Assembly (NCBI GenBank): GCA_965247115.1
Contig: CBDFGR010000003.1
Location: 1,408,001 to 1,472,000, forward strand
Source of the DNA: Myxococcota bacterium
Lineage (GTDB): Bacteria; Myxococcota_A; UBA9160; SZUA-336
Reading direction: 5' to 3'
Length of the DNA: 64,000 nucleotides
Shown here in pieces: positions 1 through 8,177 of the stretch. The notes under the pieces were generated by a model. The model was not told the DNA's origin, did not search any database, and worked only from the letters and a program-made list of their open reading frames with translations. Every line of letters begins with the position of its first letter. Positions within the stretch are counted from its first letter, which is position 1. Position numbers and translations under genes: made by a program.

Positions 1-918
1 AACCTACAGAATGGCGCGTCAGTGGAGAGCACGGCTCGGCCGGAGGCCTCGAGCTCGGAGCGTGTGGAACGTCCCGAGGAGCGCCAGGGTGACGCGGAAG
101 TCACCATCTCTCAGGAAGGGCGAGAACGAAACGAGCAGGCGAAGGCGGATGCCGCCCGCAATGACGAGCTCCGCGAGAGAGCGCGCGAATCCCTGCGGAG
201 CAACGAGCAGGCTGCCGCGGAGAAAGATGCGGGCCGGCCTGGCGTGATCGCAGTTCGTCTGGGCATAGGACCGCCCCCCCTCGAAGAGAAGCAGGAGAGC
301 TCGGAGCCCGAGGAGGTTGTCCGCCAGGGTCTGCGCGATCGGGCGCTGATCCCCCGGGTGGAGGGAGTGCTCGACGACCAGCAGGATGACGAGACCGAGA
401 CGGTCGCCCTGCCCGGCCAGGGCAAGGACGATGAGCGCCCGCGCGCTCTCGGTGAAACCCGCGCCCAGCAGATTGGTCTGGCGCGCGAGGAGCGCGAGTT
501 CACTCCGTCCCCTTCCGTGGCTGACGCTTTCGCGTCGCGAGACGCGGGCACGCGCGACAGGGCAGTCGCGGAGGTGCTGGGGCGCGCGGAGACTCGGAGC
601 ACCGAACGCTCCGACGAGCCAGAAGATCTGGATCGGGCGACCTCGGTGGCGCCTCAGGTCGGGCCGACTCCCGGCAACGAGGATGCCCGACGCGCGGAGA
701 TCCTGGGCTCCGACCGGCAGGACGAGTCCGAGGAAGACAAAGAGAGGGCCCGCGAGGCCCTCACCCTTGGCGGCTCGGTGGAGGCAGACGCCGCCGATCA
801 GCTCGTCACCCGCTTCCTGAGCGGTGGGGATCGTGAGCAGGCCGGCCCAACGCCGCAGGCGCGCGAGGAGCTCGGAGAGCGCGCTGGCCAGACGCAGGAA
901 TTCCCGCCCGAAGAGTAG
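1..918 (+). CDS. Hypothetical low-complexity Glu/Arg/Ala-rich protein, probably 5'-truncated by the window
   Basis: Frame is open from base 1 (AAC CTA CAG...) through GTG at 22 to TAG at 918; charged, disorder-like composition; no recognisable domain. Confidence 0.55.
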   Translation, partial: NLQNGASVESTARPEASSSERVERPEERQGDAEVTISQEGRERNEQAKADAARNDELRERARESLRSNEQAAAEKDAGRPGVIAVRLGIGPPPLEEKQESSEPEEVVRQGLRDRALIPRVEGVLDDQQDDETETVALPGQGKDDERPRALGETRAQQIGLAREEREFTPSPSVADAFASRDAGTRDRAVAEVLGRAETRSTERSDEPEDLDRATSVAPQVGPTPGNEDARRAEILGSDRQDESEEDKERAREALTLGGSVEADAADQLVTRFLSGGDREQAGPTPQAREELGERAGQTQEFPPEE

Positions 919-921
919 CCC

Positions 922-2397
922 TCAGGCGGCCGGCAGGGTGAAGAAGAACGTGGAGCCCTGGCCCGGCTCCGACTCGACCCAGATCCGACCCCCATGACGC
1001 GACACGATCTGGCGACAGATCGCGAGCCCCATCCCTGTCCCCTCTGCCGCCTCCGCATGCGCGCGCTGGAAGGGCCCGAAGATGCTCCCGTGGTGGGAGG
1101 CCTCGATCCCGATGCCGTCATCGCGCACCCAGAGCTGCACCTCCTCGCCGCTGCGCACCCCGCTCACCACGATCACCGCCGGCTCGCCACCAGCGAAGTT
1201 CAGCGCGTTCGCCATCAGGTTCTGGAACACGCGGCCCAGCTGGATCGGGTCGGCCATCACGCGCGGCAGGGGCTCCGCCTCGATCACTGCCCGACTCTCC
1301 TCGACTCGCTCGCGTAGGTTCGAGAGCGCCCAATCCAGGGAATCGATCGGATCGCAGACAGCCAGCGCGAGCTCGCCCTTGCCGGCACGCGCATAGTCCG
1401 CAATGTCGCGAACCAGCACGCCCAGTCGACGCACCTGCCCGAGGGAGGACTTCAGGAGCATCTCCGACTCGGCTTTCGCCGCGCCCTCGAGGCGGCGGAG
1501 CATCGACTCGAGATTGCGCAGCGGCTCGCGGAGATCGTGCGCCGCGTTCTGAGCCAGCTCCTCGAGATCCTGCTTCGCCTCCGAGAGGCGCCGTGTCTCC
1601 TGCAGCAGCTCGTCGTTCCCCTGTCTCAGGTCGGTGATGTCGTGGGAGGATCCGACGTACCCCGAAAACTGCTTGTGCCCGTCAAAGCCGGGGATGCCGT
1701 GGTGACGCACCCAGCGGTAGGCGCCACTCGCGCTTCGCATACGCAGGTCGAGGCTGAACTCATCACGCTTCTCGAGGTGGTTTGCGTAGCTGTCTTTCCA
1801 GGCCGGCAGGTCGTCGGGATGGATGCCGTCGAACCAGCCGCGTCCCAGCTCCTTCTCATCGGGGCGGCCCGTGAAGAGCGACCAGCGTCGGGTGAAGTTC
1901 GTGAACTCCCCCGCCGTATCGGTCTTCCAGAGCATGGCGGGCGCAAAGTCCGCGCTGCGGGGCGCCTGGCTGGGCGCCAGGGGTCCGACCAGGTCGGCGA
2001 GGGCGCCGCGAAGGGCGGCCTCGCTCAGCTGCCCCAGCTCCAGGACCTGACAGCCGCCCAGGGTGCGCGCGCGATAGACCGAAGCCTCGTCCGCGGCGCT
2101 GGCCAGCATGAGAAAAGGTGTCCGAACTCCGCGAGCCCGCAGCTCGCGCACCGCGTCCAGGGCCGAGTCGTCCGTCGCGGCCAGCCCGCAGATGGCCGCA
2201 TCCCAGCCGTCTCGAGCCAGCTTCAAGCGTAGCTCGCTCGGCGAGGCGGCAAACTCGATGGAGACGTGCCCGGCGATCCTCCACGCCTCGAGCAGCGAGC
2301 GCAGGGCGGGGACGTTCGCGCTGCGACCAGGAAAGACGAGCAGCCGCGCCTGCCGGGGCGCAGCCGCGCCCCGATCGCTCCTCGGTTCACCCTCCAC
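922..2397 (-). CDS. PAS-domain sensor histidine kinase with N-terminal receiver-like domain
   Basis: PAS (GWFDGIHPDD...YRWVRHHG), H-box AAHDLREPL, N-box FQNLMANA, G1 DDGIGI, G2 GTGMGLAIC. Confidence 0.9.
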   Translation of the reverse strand: MEGEPRSDRGAAAPRQARLLVFPGRSANVPALRSLLEAWRIAGHVSIEFAASPSELRLKLARDGWDAAICGLAATDDSALDAVRELRARGVRTPFLMLASAADEASVYRARTLGGCQVLELGQLSEAALRGALADLVGPLAPSQAPRSADFAPAMLWKTDTAGEFTNFTRRWSLFTGRPDEKELGRGWFDGIHPDDLPAWKDSYANHLEKRDEFSLDLRMRSASGAYRWVRHHGIPGFDGHKQFSGYVGSSHDITDLRQGNDELLQETRRLSEAKQDLEELAQNAAHDLREPLRNLESMLRRLEGAAKAESEMLLKSSLGQVRRLGVLVRDIADYARAGKGELALAVCDPIDSLDWALSNLRERVEESRAVIEAEPLPRVMADPIQLGRVFQNLMANALNFAGGEPAVIVVSGVRSGEEVQLWVRDDGIGIEASHHGSIFGPFQRAHAEAAEGTGMGLAICRQIVSRHGGRIWVESEPGQGSTFFFTLPAA

Positions 2398-2518
2398 GCT
2401 CCAGAGGGTAGTGCATCACCAATCCGAAGGCTCTCCTCCGCTGCGCCCTCGCGGGACTCCGACTGGAATGCGCCGCGCGCTATGATCTGGCACGGAGACT
2501 AGAGAGGGAGGGGCTCCA

Positions 2519-3463
2519 TTGTACGGAGACATCAAGGTCATCTCCGGCTCCGCGCACCCCGAGCTGGCTCGCGACATCTGCAAGCATCTCGGCGTCGAGC
2601 TCTCGGAGACTCGGACCGTGCGCTTCTCGAACGAGAACATGATCGTGCAGATCGAGGAGAACGTCCGCGAGGCGGACGTCTTCCTGGTGCAGCCCTCTTG
2701 CGCGCCGGTCTCGGACGGGATCGTGGAGCTGCTCCTGACGATCGACGCGCTCAAGCACGCATCGGCGTCGCGGATCACCGCCGTCGTCCCCTACTTCCCC
2801 TACGCACGCTCCGACAAGAAGGACCGCCCGCGCATCTCGATCGCAGCCCGGCTGATGGCGGACCTGCTGCAGACATCCGGGGCGAACCGTGTGCTGACCA
2901 TGAACCTGCACTCCCCGCAGGTTCAGGGCTTCTTCCGGGTTCCCGTGGACCAGCTGCTCGGCGAGCCCATCCTGTGCGACTACCTGTCCGCCAATCGGGA
3001 CATGTCGAACACCGTGGTGGTTGCTGGCGACGTCGGCGAGTCCAAGGATGTGGGTCGCTACGCGAACCGGCTCGGGCTGCCCGTGGCGATCGTGGACAAG
3101 CGACGCGACGGCGACGATGAGGCACCCGTCGCGACCCACCTGATCGGTGACGTCGCGGGGAAGCGCGCGTTGATCGTCGACGACGAGATCGCGAGCGGAG
3201 GAACCCTGGTCGAGGCCGCACGCTTCGTCCTCGAGCACGGCGCGACCGAGGTCGAGGCGGCCGCGGTGCACGCGATCCTGTCCGGGTCCGCCATCGAGCG
3301 GATCCGCAGCTCTCCGCTCCAGGCGCTCGTGGTGACGGACACCGTGCCCGTCCCGCCCGAGAAGCGCATCGACAGGATCAGCGTGCTGTCGGTCGCCGAG
3401 CTGTTCGCCAAGGCGATTCGCGCGATTCACGACGGCCAGAGCGTCTCCCACCTGTTCCGCTGA
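2519..3463 (+). CDS. prs: Ribose-phosphate pyrophosphokinase
   Basis: PYFPYARSDKK, LHSPQVQGFF, VDDEIASGGT motifs; TTG start behind GGAGG-like SD. Confidence 0.93.
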   Translation: MYGDIKVISGSAHPELARDICKHLGVELSETRTVRFSNENMIVQIEENVREADVFLVQPSCAPVSDGIVELLLTIDALKHASASRITAVVPYFPYARSDKKDRPRISIAARLMADLLQTSGANRVLTMNLHSPQVQGFFRVPVDQLLGEPILCDYLSANRDMSNTVVVAGDVGESKDVGRYANRLGLPVAIVDKRRDGDDEAPVATHLIGDVAGKRALIVDDEIASGGTLVEAARFVLEHGATEVEAAAVHAILSGSAIERIRSSPLQALVVTDTVPVPPEKRIDRISVLSVAELFAKAIRAIHDGQSVSHLFR

Positions 3464-3506
3464 AGGTGCCCTGCGAGTAGAATCAGCTCGTCCAGGGCCG
3501 CGCGAC

Positions 3507-3803
3507 ATGAGCGAGTACGAAGAGGAAGAAGAGCCCGAAACGACGGGCACCATCGTCGAGATCCACGAGGATGGAGAGAGCATCACGCTCGAGGACGGCT
3601 CCGTCTGGGACGTGCCGAATGCTGACGAGGCCGCAAAGGTCGAGCTGTGGGCGGCGGGACAGCGGATCTCGATCGCGGAACGCGAGGACGACACCGAGGA
3701 CGTGTCCGACCACATTCACGTGGAGTACACGGCCGGCGAGGTAACGATCACGAACCTCGACGTGCAGGAGCTGGAGACCGTCCGCGTCGTCCCGCGCGGC
3801 TAG
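3507..3803 (+). CDS. Small acidic hypothetical protein
   Basis: 98-aa ATG ORF with host-like codon use, fills the gap between prs and the convergent gene. Confidence 0.65.
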   Translation: MSEYEEEEEPETTGTIVEIHEDGESITLEDGSVWDVPNADEAAKVELWAAGQRISIAEREDDTEDVSDHIHVEYTAGEVTITNLDVQELETVRVVPRG

Positions 3804-4675
3804 CTGCGCGGGGCCATCGCCTCGATCACGGCCCAGTCGAACTCGCCGGGGGCACCCACCTTCAGCGGTTGGATACACACGTGCGTGGCGCCGGCATCGC
3901 GGTGCTCCTGGATGCGCTGCGCGATCGCCTTCTCGTCGCCCCAGCCGAGCAGGGCATCGATCAGCTTGTCGCTGCCACCGTTCTCGATCTCCGCCTCGGT
4001 GAACCCGAGGCGCTTCCAGTTGTTGCGGTAGTTCGGCAGAACCGCGTACATGGCGAGCGCCTTTCGGCCAGCCTCGCGCGCGCGTGAGGGGTCCGTCTCC
4101 AGGCAGACCTTCTGCTCCACGCAGAGCAGCTTGTCCGGACCCATGATCTCCCGAGCGGTGTGCGTGTGCTCGGGGTTCGTCCAGTACGGGTGCGCGCCGT
4201 CCGCCTTCTCGGCGGAGAGCTCGAGCATCCTGGGGCCCAGAGCCGCGACGACGGTTTTCGGCTCCTCCTTCGGCTCGGGTCCCTGGTAAGGAGCCGCCGC
4301 CATGTCCGCCAGGTACTGGCGCATCGTGGCAACCGGCTTGCCGTAGTGGAGCCCGCGTGCGCCCTCGACGAGCGGCGCGTGCGAGACGCCAACGCCCAGT
4401 AAGAAGCGGCCCCCGGACTGCTCGGCCAGGGTCTTCTGTGCCTGAACCATCATGCCGGGGTGTCGGTGGTAGATGTTCGCGATCCCGGTCGCGAGGTGAA
4501 GTGTCTCCGTCTGGCTCAGGAGATAGGCAGCATGCGCGAAGGGGTCTCGGCCCGTGGCCTCCGGCAACCAGAGGTGCGAGTAGCCCAGGCTCTCGATACG
4601 CCCCGCCAGCTCTGCCGCCTCCGGCGCCGACATGCCCTCGGTAAAGAACCAGACTCCGAGAGATCCCGTCTGCAT
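3800..4675 (-). CDS. LLM-class (probably F420-dependent) oxidoreductase, MSMEG_4141-like
   Basis: Start MQTGSLGVW after GGAGG; ATGIANIY, GRFLLGVGVSH, AALGPRML, GAHPY motifs. Confidence 0.88.
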   Translation of the reverse strand: MQTGSLGVWFFTEGMSAPEAAELAGRIESLGYSHLWLPEATGRDPFAHAAYLLSQTETLHLATGIANIYHRHPGMMVQAQKTLAEQSGGRFLLGVGVSHAPLVEGARGLHYGKPVATMRQYLADMAAAPYQGPEPKEEPKTVVAALGPRMLELSAEKADGAHPYWTNPEHTHTAREIMGPDKLLCVEQKVCLETDPSRAREAGRKALAMYAVLPNYRNNWKRLGFTEAEIENGGSDKLIDALLGWGDEKAIAQRIQEHRDAGATHVCIQPLKVGAPGEFDWAVIEAMAPRS

Positions 4676-4686
4676 TGCTGCCTCCC

Positions 4687-6075
4687 TCAGTCGAGCTCGA
4701 GCTCGCGCTCGAGGTCCCGGACCACCTGGTCGATCCGGTCCACCAGGTCGTCCACGCCCTCGCCATCGATCACGAGCGGAGGAGCGACAAAGATGCTGGC
4801 GCCGGCGCGCGCGAGCAGGCCGTGTGTCTGCATGAGCCGTGGTACGCGGGTCCCGAGGTCGTCTGCCTCCGTGAAGTCCTCGCCAGCCTCGGGGTCGCGC
4901 TTCAGCTCGACGACATGCATGAGCCCGATCCCGCGTGTGTCGGAGATGATCCGGTGGCGCGACTGCAGCTTCACGAGCTGCTCGCCGAGATACGCCCCCA
5001 TCTTCTCCGCGTTCTCGACGAGGCCCTCGCGCTCGATGATGCCGACGTTCGCGAGCGCAACCGCGCAAGAGACCGCGTGCGCCCCGAACGTCGATCCGCC
5101 AACGAAGGCGTCCTTGGGCTCTCCGACAAAGGCATCCGCGACCTTGTCCGACGCCATCACGGCTGCGATGGGTGCGTAGCCAGACGAGAGTCCCTTGGCG
5201 ACGGTCATCAGGTCGGGCTCGATCCCGAAGTGCTCTACTCCGAACCACTTGCCCGTGCGTCCAAAGCCGTTGATCACCTCGTCCGCAATCAGCACGATGC
5301 CGTGCTCGTCACAGATGGCTCGCAACCTCTGCCAGTACTCCGGCGACGGCACGTGGTGCCCGTTCGACATCGAGATGGGCTCCGCGATCAGGGCCGCGAT
5401 GGTGTCGGCCCGGTGGAACTTCACCATCTCCTCTACGAAGTCCGCCCAAAAGGTATCGTCGAGCCCGGTCTCGGTGTTCGCGAGCTTGCCAACGCCGGTC
5501 GAGCCCGGAACGCTAATGGTGCCCGGCAGCAGCGGCTCGAAGGGCGACCGGTTGACCCAGGCCGCGCCGTTGACCGCCAGTGCTCCCTGCGTCGTGCCGT
5601 GGTACGAACCGATGCGCGAGATCACCTTGTAGCGCCCGCGCTCACCGCGGTTGTAGTGATACTGCTTTGCCAGGCGAATCGCGGTCTCCACCGCTTCCGA
5701 GCCTGTATTCACGAGGTACGAGCGGTTGATGTTCTTCGGCGTGAGCTCCGCGAGCTTCGACGTCAGGTCAACAGCCGGGCCCGTTGCGTATGCGAACGGA
5801 TTCGCGTACGCGAGCTTCGCCATCTGGCGAGCCGCTACGTCGGCAAGCTCCTGCCGACCGTGGCCCACGGCCACCACCCAGAGCCCCGACGTGGCGTCGA
5901 TGTAACGGCGCCCCTGGACGTCGGTGAGGTAGATGCCTTCGCCGCGGTCAATGACCACGAACCCGTCTTCCACCGCGAGCTCGTTGTACGGCCGGGCATG
6001 CACCCAGAGATGTTTTAGACCGCGCTTGATCGTGCCGTCGATCGCACTGGCGTCCGCTCGCCTCTCTTCGGTCAT
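4687..6075 (-). CDS. Class III PLP-dependent aminotransferase
   Basis: GSEAVETA, SYHG, LIADEVINGFGRTG, PLP-lysine AKGLSSGYAP. Confidence 0.93.
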   Translation of the reverse strand: MTEERRADASAIDGTIKRGLKHLWVHARPYNELAVEDGFVVIDRGEGIYLTDVQGRRYIDATSGLWVVAVGHGRQELADVAARQMAKLAYANPFAYATGPAVDLTSKLAELTPKNINRSYLVNTGSEAVETAIRLAKQYHYNRGERGRYKVISRIGSYHGTTQGALAVNGAAWVNRSPFEPLLPGTISVPGSTGVGKLANTETGLDDTFWADFVEEMVKFHRADTIAALIAEPISMSNGHHVPSPEYWQRLRAICDEHGIVLIADEVINGFGRTGKWFGVEHFGIEPDLMTVAKGLSSGYAPIAAVMASDKVADAFVGEPKDAFVGGSTFGAHAVSCAVALANVGIIEREGLVENAEKMGAYLGEQLVKLQSRHRIISDTRGIGLMHVVELKRDPEAGEDFTEADDLGTRVPRLMQTHGLLARAGASIFVAPPLVIDGEGVDDLVDRIDQVVRDLERELELD

Positions 6076-6215
6076 GGTGCTGCCGCCCCTCTCGATTGAT
6101 GCCCGTATTGGACCACACGATCCCGGACCTGGCTACCCGGGCGATCTGCGGATGCCCCGCCGAGCTCGTGACCCGCACGCTGAGCATGCGCGAGCTCAGG
6201 ACTAGCGTGATCCTG

Positions 6216-7131
6216 ACTGCCCCCGGGGGTAGTAGTTTCTTACAGAAAGAGCAAGAAAGTGCTTGACAGGTTTTGAGAAAGACACAAATGCAGGTTCCCA
6301 AGACTATTTCGGACTCCAGGTTGCTCCGAGGACTCGGTGAGCTCGTGGCAAAGAGTCGACAGGACGAGGCGGATCTGCTCGCGTGCATTGCGGAGGTAGA
6401 TCAGCGCAAGCTTTATCTCGGACAGGGCTACTCTTCGATGCATCGGTACTGCACCGAGGTGCTCCACTTCTCGGAGGCGACGGCCTTTCACCGGATCGGC
6501 ACTGCTCGCGCGTCGCGCACATATCCGCTCCTCCTCGAGCGAGTGCGTGAGGGCGCGCTTCACCTGTCGGGTGCGAGCCTGCTCGCCCCCAGGCTCACTC
6601 CGGAGAACCACGCAGAGCTACTCGACCTGGCGCGCCACAAGAGCAAGCGCGCGATCGAAGAGCTTCTGGCCAACCGCGCGCCGAAGCCGGATGTACCGGC
6701 GCAGGTAAGGAAGCTCCCCGATCCTAAGACGGCTTCTGCTCTCCGGATGCCCGCGGAGATCTTCGATCGAGCCCTCACTTTGCTGCTCGAAGACGCGAAG
6801 CGGAGGAAGTTCGCCCGGACGGCGAGACCCCGTGCTCGGTCGACGGCCTCGCAAAAACCTGCGTCTAGGCATATCCCAGCGGAGATCAAACGCGCTGTCG
6901 TCGCACGGGACGGAGGTCGGTGTGCGTTCGTCGGATCGAACGGTCGCCGCTGCGGCTCCTGCGACTTTCTCGAGTTCCACCACCTGGATCCCTGGGCCAG
7001 GGCCAAGCGCCACGCGATCCCCCGAATCGAGCTGCGCTGTCGAGGCCACAACCACTACGCGGCGTTGGAGGACTATGGGGCTGCGTACATGGCGCGCTTC
7101 GCAGGGCGAGAGCACTGCCCCCGGGGGCAAT
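6216..7131 (+). mobile_element. Putative palindrome-bounded HNH element, copy 1
   Basis: ACTGCCCCCGGGGGTAGT (6216-6233) and ACTGCCCCCGGGGGCAAT (7114-7131) bracket the HNH ORF; same layout at 16320-17588. Confidence 0.5.
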
Positions 7132-7154
7132 CGGACGTAAAGCCGCAGGAATGA
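6288..7154 (+). CDS. DUF222-like/HNH endonuclease domain protein, copy 1 (internal in-frame deletion relative to copy 2)
   Basis: RDGGRCAF...RC...EFHHLDPW...LRCRGHN zinc/HNH-type C-terminus; clear paralogue of 16563-17594. Confidence 0.85.
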   Translation: MQVPKTISDSRLLRGLGELVAKSRQDEADLLACIAEVDQRKLYLGQGYSSMHRYCTEVLHFSEATAFHRIGTARASRTYPLLLERVREGALHLSGASLLAPRLTPENHAELLDLARHKSKRAIEELLANRAPKPDVPAQVRKLPDPKTASALRMPAEIFDRALTLLLEDAKRRKFARTARPRARSTASQKPASRHIPAEIKRAVVARDGGRCAFVGSNGRRCGSCDFLEFHHLDPWARAKRHAIPRIELRCRGHNHYAALEDYGAAYMARFAGREHCPRGQSDVKPQE

Positions 7155-7186
7155 CGACAACCGCGCGCAGCGGATCGGGTCCTGAC

Positions 7187-8158
7187 TCACTCCGCGGTGA
7201 GGGTGACAGTGATGCTGTCCCGGTGAAGCCCGCCGAGGCTTCCGGAAAGTGATCCGATGGTCACCTCGATCTCGTACACATCGCCTCCTGGCCCCGTCAT
7301 GTCAGATGTGGACGAGGCGATGGGGATCGGCGACCCGCTCGTGAGATCCGCTGGGACACCGTCGACCTCGAGGGTGTAGGGGACCGAGCTACGCAACGAA
7401 GCGTGTGCCATCGTCCCCCGATTGTGGGACTGCAGGCTCACGTCAAAGCTCGTGTTGCCACGCGCGCGCAGGTCGAAGCTCAGGCTCTCCCCGCTGGAGA
7501 ACGTACCGAAGTCCAGCTCCTGCGAGACGTCCGCTGCGTTGAAGGGCGCCCCCGTATCCACGAGCGAGACCTCGACCATCTTGGACGCTCTGGCTCGATG
7601 GTGCTTCGTAGCGCTCTGCCGGGGGACGTAGACATCGCCCACCTCCTCGTGCAGGTGAAAGCCGAGTCGGTCCTGGTAGCGACTGTTCGAGCCGGGCACC
7701 ACCTGCCCGGCGGGGATGGACCAGTAGTAGGTGTGCCTGTGCGCCTCTTGCTTCGCATCCACATCGGTGAACTCACCCGTGATCACCGCACGCCCGAACG
7801 TCATGTCCATCAGAATATTCGCGAGCGAAGCCGAGTCGTGCACGTTGTATAGGAGCTTCCCCCGCGGCCGAGATAGCTCGCGAGGATCGAAGACTCCCGC
7901 CCCACCTTCCGAGATACCGATCGCGTAGCGGCAGCTGCCACCTCCCGTCTTCCGCACACGGATCTCGACGGGTTGTACGTACTGTGCAGCGTCGAAGCAG
8001 TCGTAGCTGCTTCCCCCTCCTCGCCAATCGACGGGGTCCATGTCCGTCAGGTGGATCCGACCGCAGCCCGTCTGCGCGCGCGCCGGCAGCGAGATGACCA
8101 GCGCCGCACAAATCGAGAGCCCCAGCCTTCCGGCTACCCTTCGCGCCTGCTTGATCAT
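7187..8158 (-). CDS. Putative pilus tip adhesin (spore coat protein U/Csu-like two-domain subunit)
   Basis: Signal peptide MIKQARR...PARA after AAGGAG; C-terminal pilin strand GLHRDSITVTLTAE; last gene of the usher operon. Confidence 0.75.
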   Translation of the reverse strand: MIKQARRVAGRLGLSICAALVISLPARAQTGCGRIHLTDMDPVDWRGGGSSYDCFDAAQYVQPVEIRVRKTGGGSCRYAIGISEGGAGVFDPRELSRPRGKLLYNVHDSASLANILMDMTFGRAVITGEFTDVDAKQEAHRHTYYWSIPAGQVVPGSNSRYQDRLGFHLHEEVGDVYVPRQSATKHHRARASKMVEVSLVDTGAPFNAADVSQELDFGTFSSGESLSFDLRARGNTSFDVSLQSHNRGTMAHASLRSSVPYTLEVDGVPADLTSGSPIPIASSTSDMTGPGGDVYEIEVTIGSLSGSLGGLHRDSITVTLTAE

Positions 8159-8177
8159 CGCCGAGGTCTCCTTTCGT

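Noticed and set aside
6263..6291. TTGACA as a complete sigma70 promoter for HNH copy 1
   Set aside because: No convincing -10, and it would overlap the start codon; kept only as a conserved motif shared with copy 2
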